Positions 27,900 to 35,003 of a stretch of 63,325 bases of DNA are shown here, one piece after another. Both the position numbers and the translations under genes were made by a program. Each line of letters begins with the position of its first letter. Positions within the stretch are counted from its first letter, which is position 1. Location: assembly GCA_900316035.1 (NCBI GenBank), contig ONBI01000016.1, positions 1 through 63,325 on the forward strand, given 5' to 3'. Under the pieces are notes generated by a model. It was not told the DNA's origin and ran no database searches. It saw only the letters and a list, made by a program, of their open reading frames with translations. This stretch comes from an uncultured Eubacteriales bacterium (GTDB taxonomy: Bacteria; Bacillota_I; Bacilli_A; RFN20; CAG-288).

Positions 27900-28847
27900 A
27901 TGATTCACTCTGGAAAAGTAGCCGTCATCGGTTGTGGCGCTGTCGGTTCTTCAATCGCTTTTGCTCTGATGCAGAATCCTTATGTCCATGAGCTTGTTCT
28001 TCTCGATTACAAACAGGAAAAAGCCGAGGGAGAAGCTCTTGATATTCTTCACGGAGTACCTTTTGCAAGACCGACAGATGTCTATGCCGGAAAATACGAA
28101 GACCTCAAAGATGCCGAAGTCATCGTCATCTCGGCCGGTGTCGGACCGAAACCCGGTCAGACCCGTTTCGATCAGATGAAAATCCATCTTTCGATTCTTC
28201 AGTCAATCCTGGATCAGCTAAATCAAGTCGAACCGGAAGGCTGTATTCTCTTAGTCTCGAATCCCGTCGATATCTTAACGGCCAAAACCCTGAAAGTAAC
28301 CGGTCTTCCCAAGAACCGTGTCTTCGGAAGCGGCACCTTACTCGATAGTGCCCGTTTCAAGACCATCTTAGCCTCGCATCTCCATGCGAATATCGACGAT
28401 ATCCATGGATACATTCTCGGGGAACACGGTGAAAGTGCCTTCCCTGCCTGGTCTTTGACCAATGTCGGAGGAATCCCAGTACAGGCCTTATTGAAAGCAA
28501 GCGGTGTAGAAAACCTAGAAAAAGAAGAAAAACAGATTCTCTCGGAAGTCGTCTCTTCCGGTTATGACATCGTCAAAAAGAAAGGGATGACCTGCTACGG
28601 CATTGCGATGTCGGTCAACCATATCGTTGAAAGTGTCCTGACCGATAGCAAAGCCATCCTTCCAATTTCGGTTTTACAGGAAGAAGAAGGAATCGAAGGA
28701 GTCGCACTCTCTTTACCCACCGTCGTCGGAAAAGGAGGCGCGGAGAAAGTTCTTCCGGTCTCTCTTTCCGCTACCGAAAAGGAAGAGCTTCTTGCTTCGG
28801 CAAAGAAACTCAGGGAAGTCCTTACATCTCTGGATATTGTTTTCTGA
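27900..28847 (+). CDS. ldh: L-lactate dehydrogenase
   Basis: KVAVIGCGAVGSSIAFAL NAD-binding motif, plus LVSNPVD and GEHGES. ATG at 27900 follows GAGG. Confidence 0.9.
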   Translation: MIHSGKVAVIGCGAVGSSIAFALMQNPYVHELVLLDYKQEKAEGEALDILHGVPFARPTDVYAGKYEDLKDAEVIVISAGVGPKPGQTRFDQMKIHLSILQSILDQLNQVEPEGCILLVSNPVDILTAKTLKVTGLPKNRVFGSGTLLDSARFKTILASHLHANIDDIHGYILGEHGESAFPAWSLTNVGGIPVQALLKASGVENLEKEEKQILSEVVSSGYDIVKKKGMTCYGIAMSVNHIVESVLTDSKAILPISVLQEEEGIEGVALSLPTVVGKGGAEKVLPVSLSATEKEELLASAKKLREVLTSLDIVF

Positions 28848-28883
28848 TTTCCGATCGAGTATTCAAAAGCCTTCTATCCATAA

Positions 28884-28918
28884 CCGCTTTCACAGAAACA
28901 GATGTGAGGGCGGTTTTT
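28884..28918 (+). terminator. ldh rho-independent terminator
   Basis: ccgctttcaca / tgtgagggcgg stem (9 of 11 bp) followed by TTTTT. Confidence 0.7.
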
Positions 28919-28919
28919 G

Positions 28920-28948
28920 TTTGCAACGAGATTGGCTCGTTGCAAATT
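28920..28948. repeat. 29-nt element tttgcaacgag-attgg-ctcgttgcaaa(tt), perfect 11-5-11 palindrome, copy 1
   Basis: Identical to 30261-30289. It lies 13 nt beyond the AlbA_2 gene stop. Confidence 0.9.
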
Positions 28949-28961
28949 CATGACGGACCGC

Positions 28962-30218
28962 TTAATCGGCTTTCCTGTAGGTTGTCGCGGAACTGCGCCC
29001 TTCCTTTATCAGTACTCCTTTGCGGACCAAAGAATTCAGAAGGCGGATAAGAGTTGCTTTGCCCAAGTGAGAGACTTCTTCGATTTCGGAGCGTGTATAA
29101 GCGACATTATTTTCCAATAGTTTAATTAAATTCGATTCCGGTTTTGTCAGAATCGCTTTTTCTTTGAGAACTGGTAAAAGGATAGTGACACTGGTATCGA
29201 AAATCCGGAACTGAGGCTTCTGATAACTCTTCTCATAACTCTGACGGATTCTTTTGATTCCGGTGGCAAAGACTTCGACGATATTCAGACGATGGAAAAC
29301 ATTGGCCAGAATCGGATTTCTTAAAGAAGAGAAGCTTCCCTGAAGGTACTGCTCTTCGGAAAGGTTAGAGGGTAATCCGCCTGGGGAAGTGATTTCGATG
29401 TGATCCGCATAGAAGGAAACCTTCGTTTTTATCCGGACATCCCATGTCCGATGAATCAAAGCGTTGGCAAGGGCTTCGCGGAAAGCTTCGTAAGGAATCT
29501 TTTCGATTTTCTGACGGGTGGCACCTAGGATTCTTTCTTCGACATAGTTTCTTTCGAAAACAGCCATCGCATCATAGAACTGCTTCAATACGGATTCTCC
29601 GCTCAGATCGATACGCTCTTTGAAGGTGTTTTCATCTTCTCCGAAAACAGCGATGTCCAAACCGTAAAAATCGTTGCTATCCGCTAATAGGCAGGCAGCT
29701 ACGTTATAACCCTCTTTGTCGGAATAGAGGCCTAAAGTCTTCAGATTATCCAAATCAAAGCTTTCCACATTGAGTGTTTCTTTGAATTGATCCGCAAGAT
29801 AATGGAAAGAGAGATTTTGATTCCGGGAAGGAAGTTGTTCGAAATCCAGATTCTTTCCTCTGAGAATCAGTCTCTTCAGTTCATCGTTATCCACTTCGAT
29901 GGTTGCCGTATCGTTGCGGCGGTAGGCTTTTCCGTTATAAAGATAAGGTGTGTTCTCTCCCTGGTAGACTAAAAGAACAATTGTCTTATCCTTCTGAATC
30001 GTCAAAGAAAAATGCGGAACAGGCTTCAGAGAATCGTTGATCTGATTCTCAATCGATTCACAGAAGGATTTACTATCTTCGATGGGAACAATCCGATAAT
30101 CATCACGGACACCGAAAATGATCTTCCCAGTTCCATAATTAGCGAAAGCGGAGACAGTCTTCAGATAGCTCTTCGTCATATCGCTTTTGTATTCTAAGGC
30201 CTGATTTTCTTTTTCCAT
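28962..30218 (-). CDS. AlbA_2 (Schlafen-type) + HATPase_c_4 + wHTH putative ATP-dependent DNA-binding regulator
   Basis: LEYKSDMTKSYLKTVSAFANYGTGKIIFGVRDD (AlbA_2), REALANALIHRTWDVRIKTKVSFYADHIEITSPGGLP (HATPase_c_4-like), and a C-terminal wHTH, LGKATLIRLLNSLVRKGVLIKEG. Confidence 0.8.
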   Translation of the reverse strand: MEKENQALEYKSDMTKSYLKTVSAFANYGTGKIIFGVRDDYRIVPIEDSKSFCESIENQINDSLKPVPHFSLTIQKDKTIVLLVYQGENTPYLYNGKAYRRNDTATIEVDNDELKRLILRGKNLDFEQLPSRNQNLSFHYLADQFKETLNVESFDLDNLKTLGLYSDKEGYNVAACLLADSNDFYGLDIAVFGEDENTFKERIDLSGESVLKQFYDAMAVFERNYVEERILGATRQKIEKIPYEAFREALANALIHRTWDVRIKTKVSFYADHIEITSPGGLPSNLSEEQYLQGSFSSLRNPILANVFHRLNIVEVFATGIKRIRQSYEKSYQKPQFRIFDTSVTILLPVLKEKAILTKPESNLIKLLENNVAYTRSEIEEVSHLGKATLIRLLNSLVRKGVLIKEGRSSATTYRKAD

Positions 30219-30248
30219 AGCATTCTTTTCTACCCGATAGTATATCGT

Positions 30249-30467
30249 ATGTGTAACGAGTTTGCAACGAGATTGGCTCGTTGCAAATTTGCTTATTTAT
30301 ACAAAACCAAAAACGAATATGTGAGAGAAAAACTCGGTGTCTCACGCAATACGGCCGGGAAATATCTCAACGAACTTGAGAAGATTGGAATCTTGACTTC
30401 CGAACAGGTCGGAAAAGAGAAAATCTATAAGAACAATTATCTTTACGATTTGATGAAAGACTGGTAA
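30249..30467 (+). pseudogene. 3' stump of a Fic family gene (C-terminal wHTH only)
   Basis: ...YLYKTKNEYVREKLGVSRNTAGKYLNELEKIGILTSEQVGKEKIYKNNYLYDLM matches the C-terminal DNA-binding tail of long Fic proteins. No Fic core (HxFxxGNGR) lies upstream, and the reading frame begins inside palindrome copy 2. Confidence 0.55.
30261..30289. repeat. 29-nt palindromic element, copy 2
   Basis: Identical to 28920-28948. It lies 43 nt upstream of the AlbA_2 start codon. Confidence 0.9.
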
Positions 30468-30489
30468 GAAAAGTAAGAACAAAAGTTTA

Positions 30490-30529
30490 CTTCATAAGCT
30501 TGTGGATCCCCACAACTTTATGAAATAAG
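30490..30529. repeat. 40-nt imperfect palindrome cttcataagcttgtgg-atcc-ccacaactttatgaaataag, copy A
   Basis: 15-4-15 arms with 13 of 15 complementary. About 80 percent identical to 31850-31889 in the same orientation. It ends 3 nt before the AAA gene stop. Confidence 0.85.
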
Positions 30530-30532
30530 ATG

Positions 30533-31834
30533 CTAGATATCCAGCGAATCGGGGTCTTTGAGGAAGCGGAAAAGATTGAGATGGAGGATGCCGTTTTCGT
30601 CATAAAGCCCGGTTCCGGAAATCTTTGTAATCAGAATCTTTTTGAAAGAGTCCCTAATCAAAAGCAGAGGGTGGATTTCTTGTTTCCGTTTCTCTTCATC
30701 TGGAATATAGAGAGCCGATTGAATGTAATATCTTTTTCCATGTCTTTCCGCGACAAAATCGACTTCGTAGTTCTTTCTTTCCGTCTTCCCGGATTTGCCT
30801 TCGGAATATTCGCTCACTCCTCCGATGGAGACCTGATATCCGCGGAGAATCAGTTCGTTATAGATGACGTTCTCCATATAATGAGGCTCCTGGTTCTGGT
30901 CGGTGAAATCACAGGCGGCATTCCGCAAACCGAGATCTTCAAAGTAATATTTTTTCTGGGAACCGATATGTTCTTTTCCTTTGATGTCAAAGCGACTTGC
31001 TCCATGAAGAAGGAAAGCATCTTCCAGATAGGTGAGATAACGTGCGATAGTCGCCGGGGATACTTTGTTTCCTTCTTTGCTCACGAAGGTGCTCGAAAGT
31101 CGGTTCGGATTGACAAAGGAACCGACGGTTGAGGCAAGAACCTTCACGGTTTCGTCTAAGCTTCTTTCGCCCCGAAGAGAAAAACGCTCAACGATATCTC
31201 TCAGATAAGTGGTAAGGTAGACATCACGGAGATAATCTCTTTCCTGTTCCTCATCTTCCGTTCTTGCAATCGCCGGTAAACCACCGTAGAGGTAATAGCG
31301 ATTCCAAAGGGAAAAATCATCTCCTCTCCCTTCGTTTGCACTAGAAAATTCCGCAAAGCTTAGAGGATGCATAGGAATCTGCCAACCTCTTCCGCGGAAT
31401 TCGGTAGCGATATCGCTCGAAAGCAAGTGGGAATTGCTTCCGGTCACGAAAATCTCTGTATTTTTGTAACTTAGGAACTGATTCAGGACATCATAGAAAG
31501 TGATTTTCTGTCCTTTTACCCACGGATTCTCTTTCGGATAGGAAAGCTGTATTTCGTCGATGAGGAAAAACTGCGTTTTCCCATCGCTGGTTTTTCTCTC
31601 GTTGAAGTATTTCTGGAGTTCATCGAGATCGCGGTATCTTTCCTTGTCCCGCTTATCTAACTGCAAAGCGAGGATATGGTCTTCCTTTACTCCTTGTTCC
31701 TTGAGATATTTGGGGAACATCTCGAAAAGAAGATAGGATTTTCCGCATCTTCTTGGTCCCGTGATGATTTTCACCATCCCGTTACCGATAGAAGATTCCA
31801 GTTTCTTCAGATAAAGGTCTCTTTTGATTTCCAT
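30533..31834 (-). CDS. AAA+ ATPase with DUF4143-type C-terminal domain
   Basis: Walker A ITGPRRCGKS and Walker B FFLIDEIQ. The C-terminal KNYEVDFVAERHGKRYYIQSA block resembles a PD-(D/E)XK-like E-x-D...K core. Confidence 0.85.
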   Translation of the reverse strand: MEIKRDLYLKKLESSIGNGMVKIITGPRRCGKSYLLFEMFPKYLKEQGVKEDHILALQLDKRDKERYRDLDELQKYFNERKTSDGKTQFFLIDEIQLSYPKENPWVKGQKITFYDVLNQFLSYKNTEIFVTGSNSHLLSSDIATEFRGRGWQIPMHPLSFAEFSSANEGRGDDFSLWNRYYLYGGLPAIARTEDEEQERDYLRDVYLTTYLRDIVERFSLRGERSLDETVKVLASTVGSFVNPNRLSSTFVSKEGNKVSPATIARYLTYLEDAFLLHGASRFDIKGKEHIGSQKKYYFEDLGLRNAACDFTDQNQEPHYMENVIYNELILRGYQVSIGGVSEYSEGKSGKTERKNYEVDFVAERHGKRYYIQSALYIPDEEKRKQEIHPLLLIRDSFKKILITKISGTGLYDENGILHLNLFRFLKDPDSLDI

Positions 31835-31849
31835 GCTTTCTCCTTTCTA

Positions 31850-31889
31850 CTTCATAAAATTGTGGAAAACCACAGATTTGTGAAATAAG
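31850..31889. repeat. 40-nt imperfect palindrome cttcataaaattgtgg-aaaa-ccacagatttgtgaaataag, copy B
   Basis: Same architecture as 30490-30529. It begins 15 nt upstream of the AAA gene start. Confidence 0.85.
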
Positions 31890-32031
31890 TATACCATGAA
31901 GGGAAGATAATGTATCTCTGAAACGGAATTTCTAAGTGAACCTTCTGAAAATCTTTCTTTTGGATCTTTCCACCGCACATGATAATGGCTGGATTTTCTT
32001 CCCTCTTCTTTTCCTCGCTTTCTATTTTCCG

Positions 32032-32060
32032 TTGACGAACCCCCTCTAGGCGAGTATCAT
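32032..32060 (+). promoter_or_regulatory. sigma-70-type promoter of the pyr operon
   Basis: TTGACG (32032-32037), a 17-nt spacer, then TATCAT (32055-32060). Confidence 0.55.
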
Positions 32061-32075
32061 CTTGTCAGTCGGAAA

Positions 32076-32205
32076 TCTTTAAAACGATACAGAGAGATCG
32101 TTAAGACATATCCCGAAAAAATATCCTTGCCCTTATTCTATCTACGAACATCTTCTTATCACGGAACCATGTCCTATCTCCCTTTATCGGAGATAGGATT
32201 TTTTT
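32076..32205 (+). promoter_or_regulatory. PyrR-dependent transcription attenuator (binding loop plus terminator)
   Basis: tctttaaaacgatacagagagatcgtt carries a CAGAGAG loop on a 6-bp stem (32083-32102), like the PyrR binding-loop consensus. Downstream is a perfect 10-bp hairpin, tcctatctcc/ggagatagga (32172-32198), plus T7, immediately before pyrR. Confidence 0.75.
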
Positions 32206-32223
32206 CTGACAGGGAGGTAACGC

Positions 32224-32781
32224 ATGAAGAAAGAAGGATATGTCCGTAAATCCGAGCTGATGGATGAAGCCAGCATCAACCGCTCCATCCTCCGTATGAC
32301 CCATGAGATCATCGAGAAGAACGAAGGTGCTTTGAACCTCGTCTTCTTAGGAATAAAAACCAGAGGTATCCCGCTTGCCAAAAGACTTGCGGACAATATC
32401 TTCTCTTTCACCGGGCGCAAAGTTCCTTTCGCTCCTTTGGATGTCACCGCCTTCCGCGATGATATCCCGCATGAAAAGGAAGTCTTACCGAAGGATTCTC
32501 TTCCTTTCTCGGTCGAAGGAAAGATCGTCGTTTTAGTCGACGATGTCTTCTATACCGGAAGAACCGCAAGAGCGGCGATGGAAACGGTCTTCTATGAAGG
32601 TAGACCGAAGAAGATCCAGTTAGCGGTCTTAGTCGATCGCGGACATAGAGAACTTCCTATCCGTGCCGACTATGTCGGAAAGAATGTTCCTACTTCCCAT
32701 AACGAATCGGTCGAGGTCTGTCTGAAGGAGATCGATGGAGTCGATGCCGTCTATATCGGCGAAAAGGAAGAGAAGGAATAA
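32224..32781 (+). CDS. pyrR: bifunctional pyrimidine operon regulator / uracil phosphoribosyltransferase
   Basis: SINRSILRMTHEIIEKN and the PRPP motif VVLVDDVFYTGRTARAAM. Confidence 0.9.
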   Translation: MKKEGYVRKSELMDEASINRSILRMTHEIIEKNEGALNLVFLGIKTRGIPLAKRLADNIFSFTGRKVPFAPLDVTAFRDDIPHEKEVLPKDSLPFSVEGKIVVLVDDVFYTGRTARAAMETVFYEGRPKKIQLAVLVDRGHRELPIRADYVGKNVPTSHNESVEVCLKEIDGVDAVYIGEKEEKE

Positions 32782-33953
32782 TGAGTATCCTTATTCCGGT
32801 CTCTTTTCCGAAAGCCGAAGAGATCGCTAAGAAGCTTCCTTATTCTGCCGGAATCCTTTTACCAGGACTCTGTGATCCGCATGTCCATTTCCGTGAACCG
32901 GGTCAATCCTATAAAGAGACCATCGAAAGTGGAAGTAAAGCCGCCTTGCACGGCGGATATACTTCCGTCTTCACGATGCCTAACCTCCATCCGGTTCCGG
33001 ATAGTCTCGAACATCTTGAAGAGGAAACCGAACTCATCAAGAAAGAAGCAAAATGCCCCGTTTACCCTTATGGCTCTTTGACCGTAGGCGAAAAAGGAAA
33101 AGAATTAGCCGACTTAGATGCTTTAGCTCCGCATGTGATCGCCTTCTCCGATGATGGCAAAGGCGTTCAGGATAAAGAGATGATGAAGAAAGCGATGATA
33201 GAAGCAAAAAAGCTTAACAAAGTCGTTGCTCTCCATTGTGAAGTCGATGCTCTTACGAAGAATGGTGTTATCCATGAAAGCGAGTTTGCTCTTTCCCATA
33301 ACCTTCCTGCTATCCCTTCTTCCTCGGAATACGAAGAAGTCTATCGGGATATCCTCCTAGCCAAAGATACCGGAGTAAAACTTCATATCTGTCATATCTC
33401 TACGAAGGAATCCTGCGAAGCCGTAAGACAGGCAAAGAAAGAGGGAATCGATGTCACCTGTGAGACCGCTCCTCATTATCTTCTTCTCGATGACACAATG
33501 TTAAAAGACGATGGCTCTTTCAAAATGAAACCGCCACTTGCCGATCCTAGTGACAGAATCGCTCTCTTAGAAGGCCTTAAAGATGGCACCATCGATATGA
33601 TTGCTACCGATCATGCGCCGCATTCGAAAGAAGAAAAGAGCAAAGGACTGCTCTCCTCTTCCTTCGGTATCGTCGGTTTAGAAACAGCCTTCCCTCTTCT
33701 CTATACCTACTTAGTCAAAGAAGGAGTCATCTCCATAGAGAAACTCATCGACTTGATGTCTTTTGCGCCAAGAAGAAGATTCTCGCTTCCTTATCAAGAA
33801 GGAGACTGCACTCTCTTCGATATCTCTTCTTCTTACAAAATTGATTGGGAAGATTTCTTTTCGCTCGGTCGTTCTACTCCTTTTAATGGAAGGGAAGTCT
33901 ACGGGGCGTGTCTACTTACCATGGTACAAGGAGAAGTCAAATGGAAAAAGTAA
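32781..33953 (+). CDS. pyrC: dihydroorotase
   Basis: GLCDPHVHFREPG metal-binding motif and ATDHAPH. Confidence 0.9.
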   Translation: MSILIPVSFPKAEEIAKKLPYSAGILLPGLCDPHVHFREPGQSYKETIESGSKAALHGGYTSVFTMPNLHPVPDSLEHLEEETELIKKEAKCPVYPYGSLTVGEKGKELADLDALAPHVIAFSDDGKGVQDKEMMKKAMIEAKKLNKVVALHCEVDALTKNGVIHESEFALSHNLPAIPSSSEYEEVYRDILLAKDTGVKLHICHISTKESCEAVRQAKKEGIDVTCETAPHYLLLDDTMLKDDGSFKMKPPLADPSDRIALLEGLKDGTIDMIATDHAPHSKEEKSKGLLSSSFGIVGLETAFPLLYTYLVKEGVISIEKLIDLMSFAPRRRFSLPYQEGDCTLFDISSSYKIDWEDFFSLGRSTPFNGREVYGACLLTMVQGEVKWKK

Positions 33954-35003
33954 AGAACCGTAAGCTGACCTTAGAGAATGGGTCGATCTATTACGGCGTC
34001 GGTTTCGGTGCCGAAGAAGATAAGCTTCTCGAGATTGATCCTATCGGATCCTTCCTATACCGATCAGGCCGTTGTCCTAACTTATCCCATCATCGGAAAC
34101 TACGGTATCAACGACGATGACTATGAAACCAAGAATCCTTCCTTAGGTGCTTTTATTGTAAGAGACTACTGCGATTCTCCTTCGAACTACCGTTCTACCA
34201 GAACCTTAAGCGAGATCATGCTCGATAACCATATCGATGGTATCAGCGAACTCGATACGAGAAAACTCACCCGCGAGATCCGTAACTTCGGCTCCATGAA
34301 AGCGTATCTCTCTTCTGCCGATATGCCGGATGAGGAAATCGCAAAGATCCTGAAAGAGACTTCTCTGAGACACGATCAGGTAGCCCGTGTTTCCACCAAG
34401 AAAAGATGGTATTCCAAGACCCCGGATCACAGATACCATGTGGTCTGTGTCGACTGCGGAATCAAATACGGCATTTTAAGAGACCTGAAAGCGAGAGGCT
34501 GCAATCTCACGATCGTCCCCTATAACACGACTCCCGAAGAAGTCATGGCACTCCATCCGGATGGCCTCTTCCTTTCCAATGGCCCGGGAGACCCGACCGA
34601 TTGCAAAGAGACGATCGCCTTAGTCAAAGCTCTGAAAGGAAAACTTCCGATCTTCGGTATCTGCTTAGGCCATCAGATCATCGCACTTGCCTATGGTGCT
34701 AAGACCTATAAACTCAAGTTCGGTCATCGAGGAGGGAACCATCCGGTCTTGAATCTTCTTACCAACAAAGTCGCCATCACTTCCCAGAACCATTCCTATG
34801 CGGTCGATGCCGGATCCTTGATGGGAACGGGACTAGAAGTCACCCATATCAATCTCCTAGATAAGACCGTCGAAGGTATGCGCTGCGAAAAAGATAACCT
34901 CTTCTCCGTCCAGTATCATCCGGAAGCTTGCCCGGGGCCTGAAGATTCTTCGTATCTTTTCGATGAGTTCATCAAGCGGATGGAGGAAACGAAAAATGCC
35001 TAA
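33941..35003 (+). pseudogene. carA: carbamoyl-phosphate synthase small (glutaminase) subunit, 5' region disrupted (deletion plus frameshift at about 34037)
   Basis: ATG at 33941 with AAGGAG upstream reads MEKVKNRKLTLENGSIYYGVGFGAEEDKLLEI and then goes out of frame. The other frame continues ILSDPSYTDQAVVLTYPIIGNYG...GICLGHQ...HPE. The conserved VFNTxMTGYQE segment between the two parts is missing. Confidence 0.8.

Noticed and set aside
30490-30529. Reading palindrome copy A simply as a bidirectional terminator for the convergent Fic stump and AAA gene.
   Set aside because: It lacks flanking A and T runs, and a near-identical copy (31850-31889) sits upstream of the AAA gene, where no transcript needs terminating. 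The terminator explanation alone does not cover both copies.
28920-31889. Interpretation of the palindrome-bracketed genes as a classical integron cassette array.
   Set aside because: There is no intI-like tyrosine recombinase, no attI, and no Pc arrangement in the window. The elements are shorter than typical attC sites and differ between cassettes, and the genes carry their own upstream regions. I kept only the weaker analogy (modular units with recombination-site-like borders).
34022-34051. HindIII (aagctt), XhoI (ctcgag) and BamHI (ggatcc) sites clustered within 30 nt at exactly the carA lesion. This looks like a polylinker or engineering scar.
   Set aside because: The BamHI site is formed by codons of the conserved CarA motif LSDPSY (tcg gat cct tcc tat), and the other two sites lie in ordinary coding sequence. 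A similar aagctt...ggatcc pair occurs by chance at 30497-30510. There is no vector-like sequence around it. Most likely coincidence.
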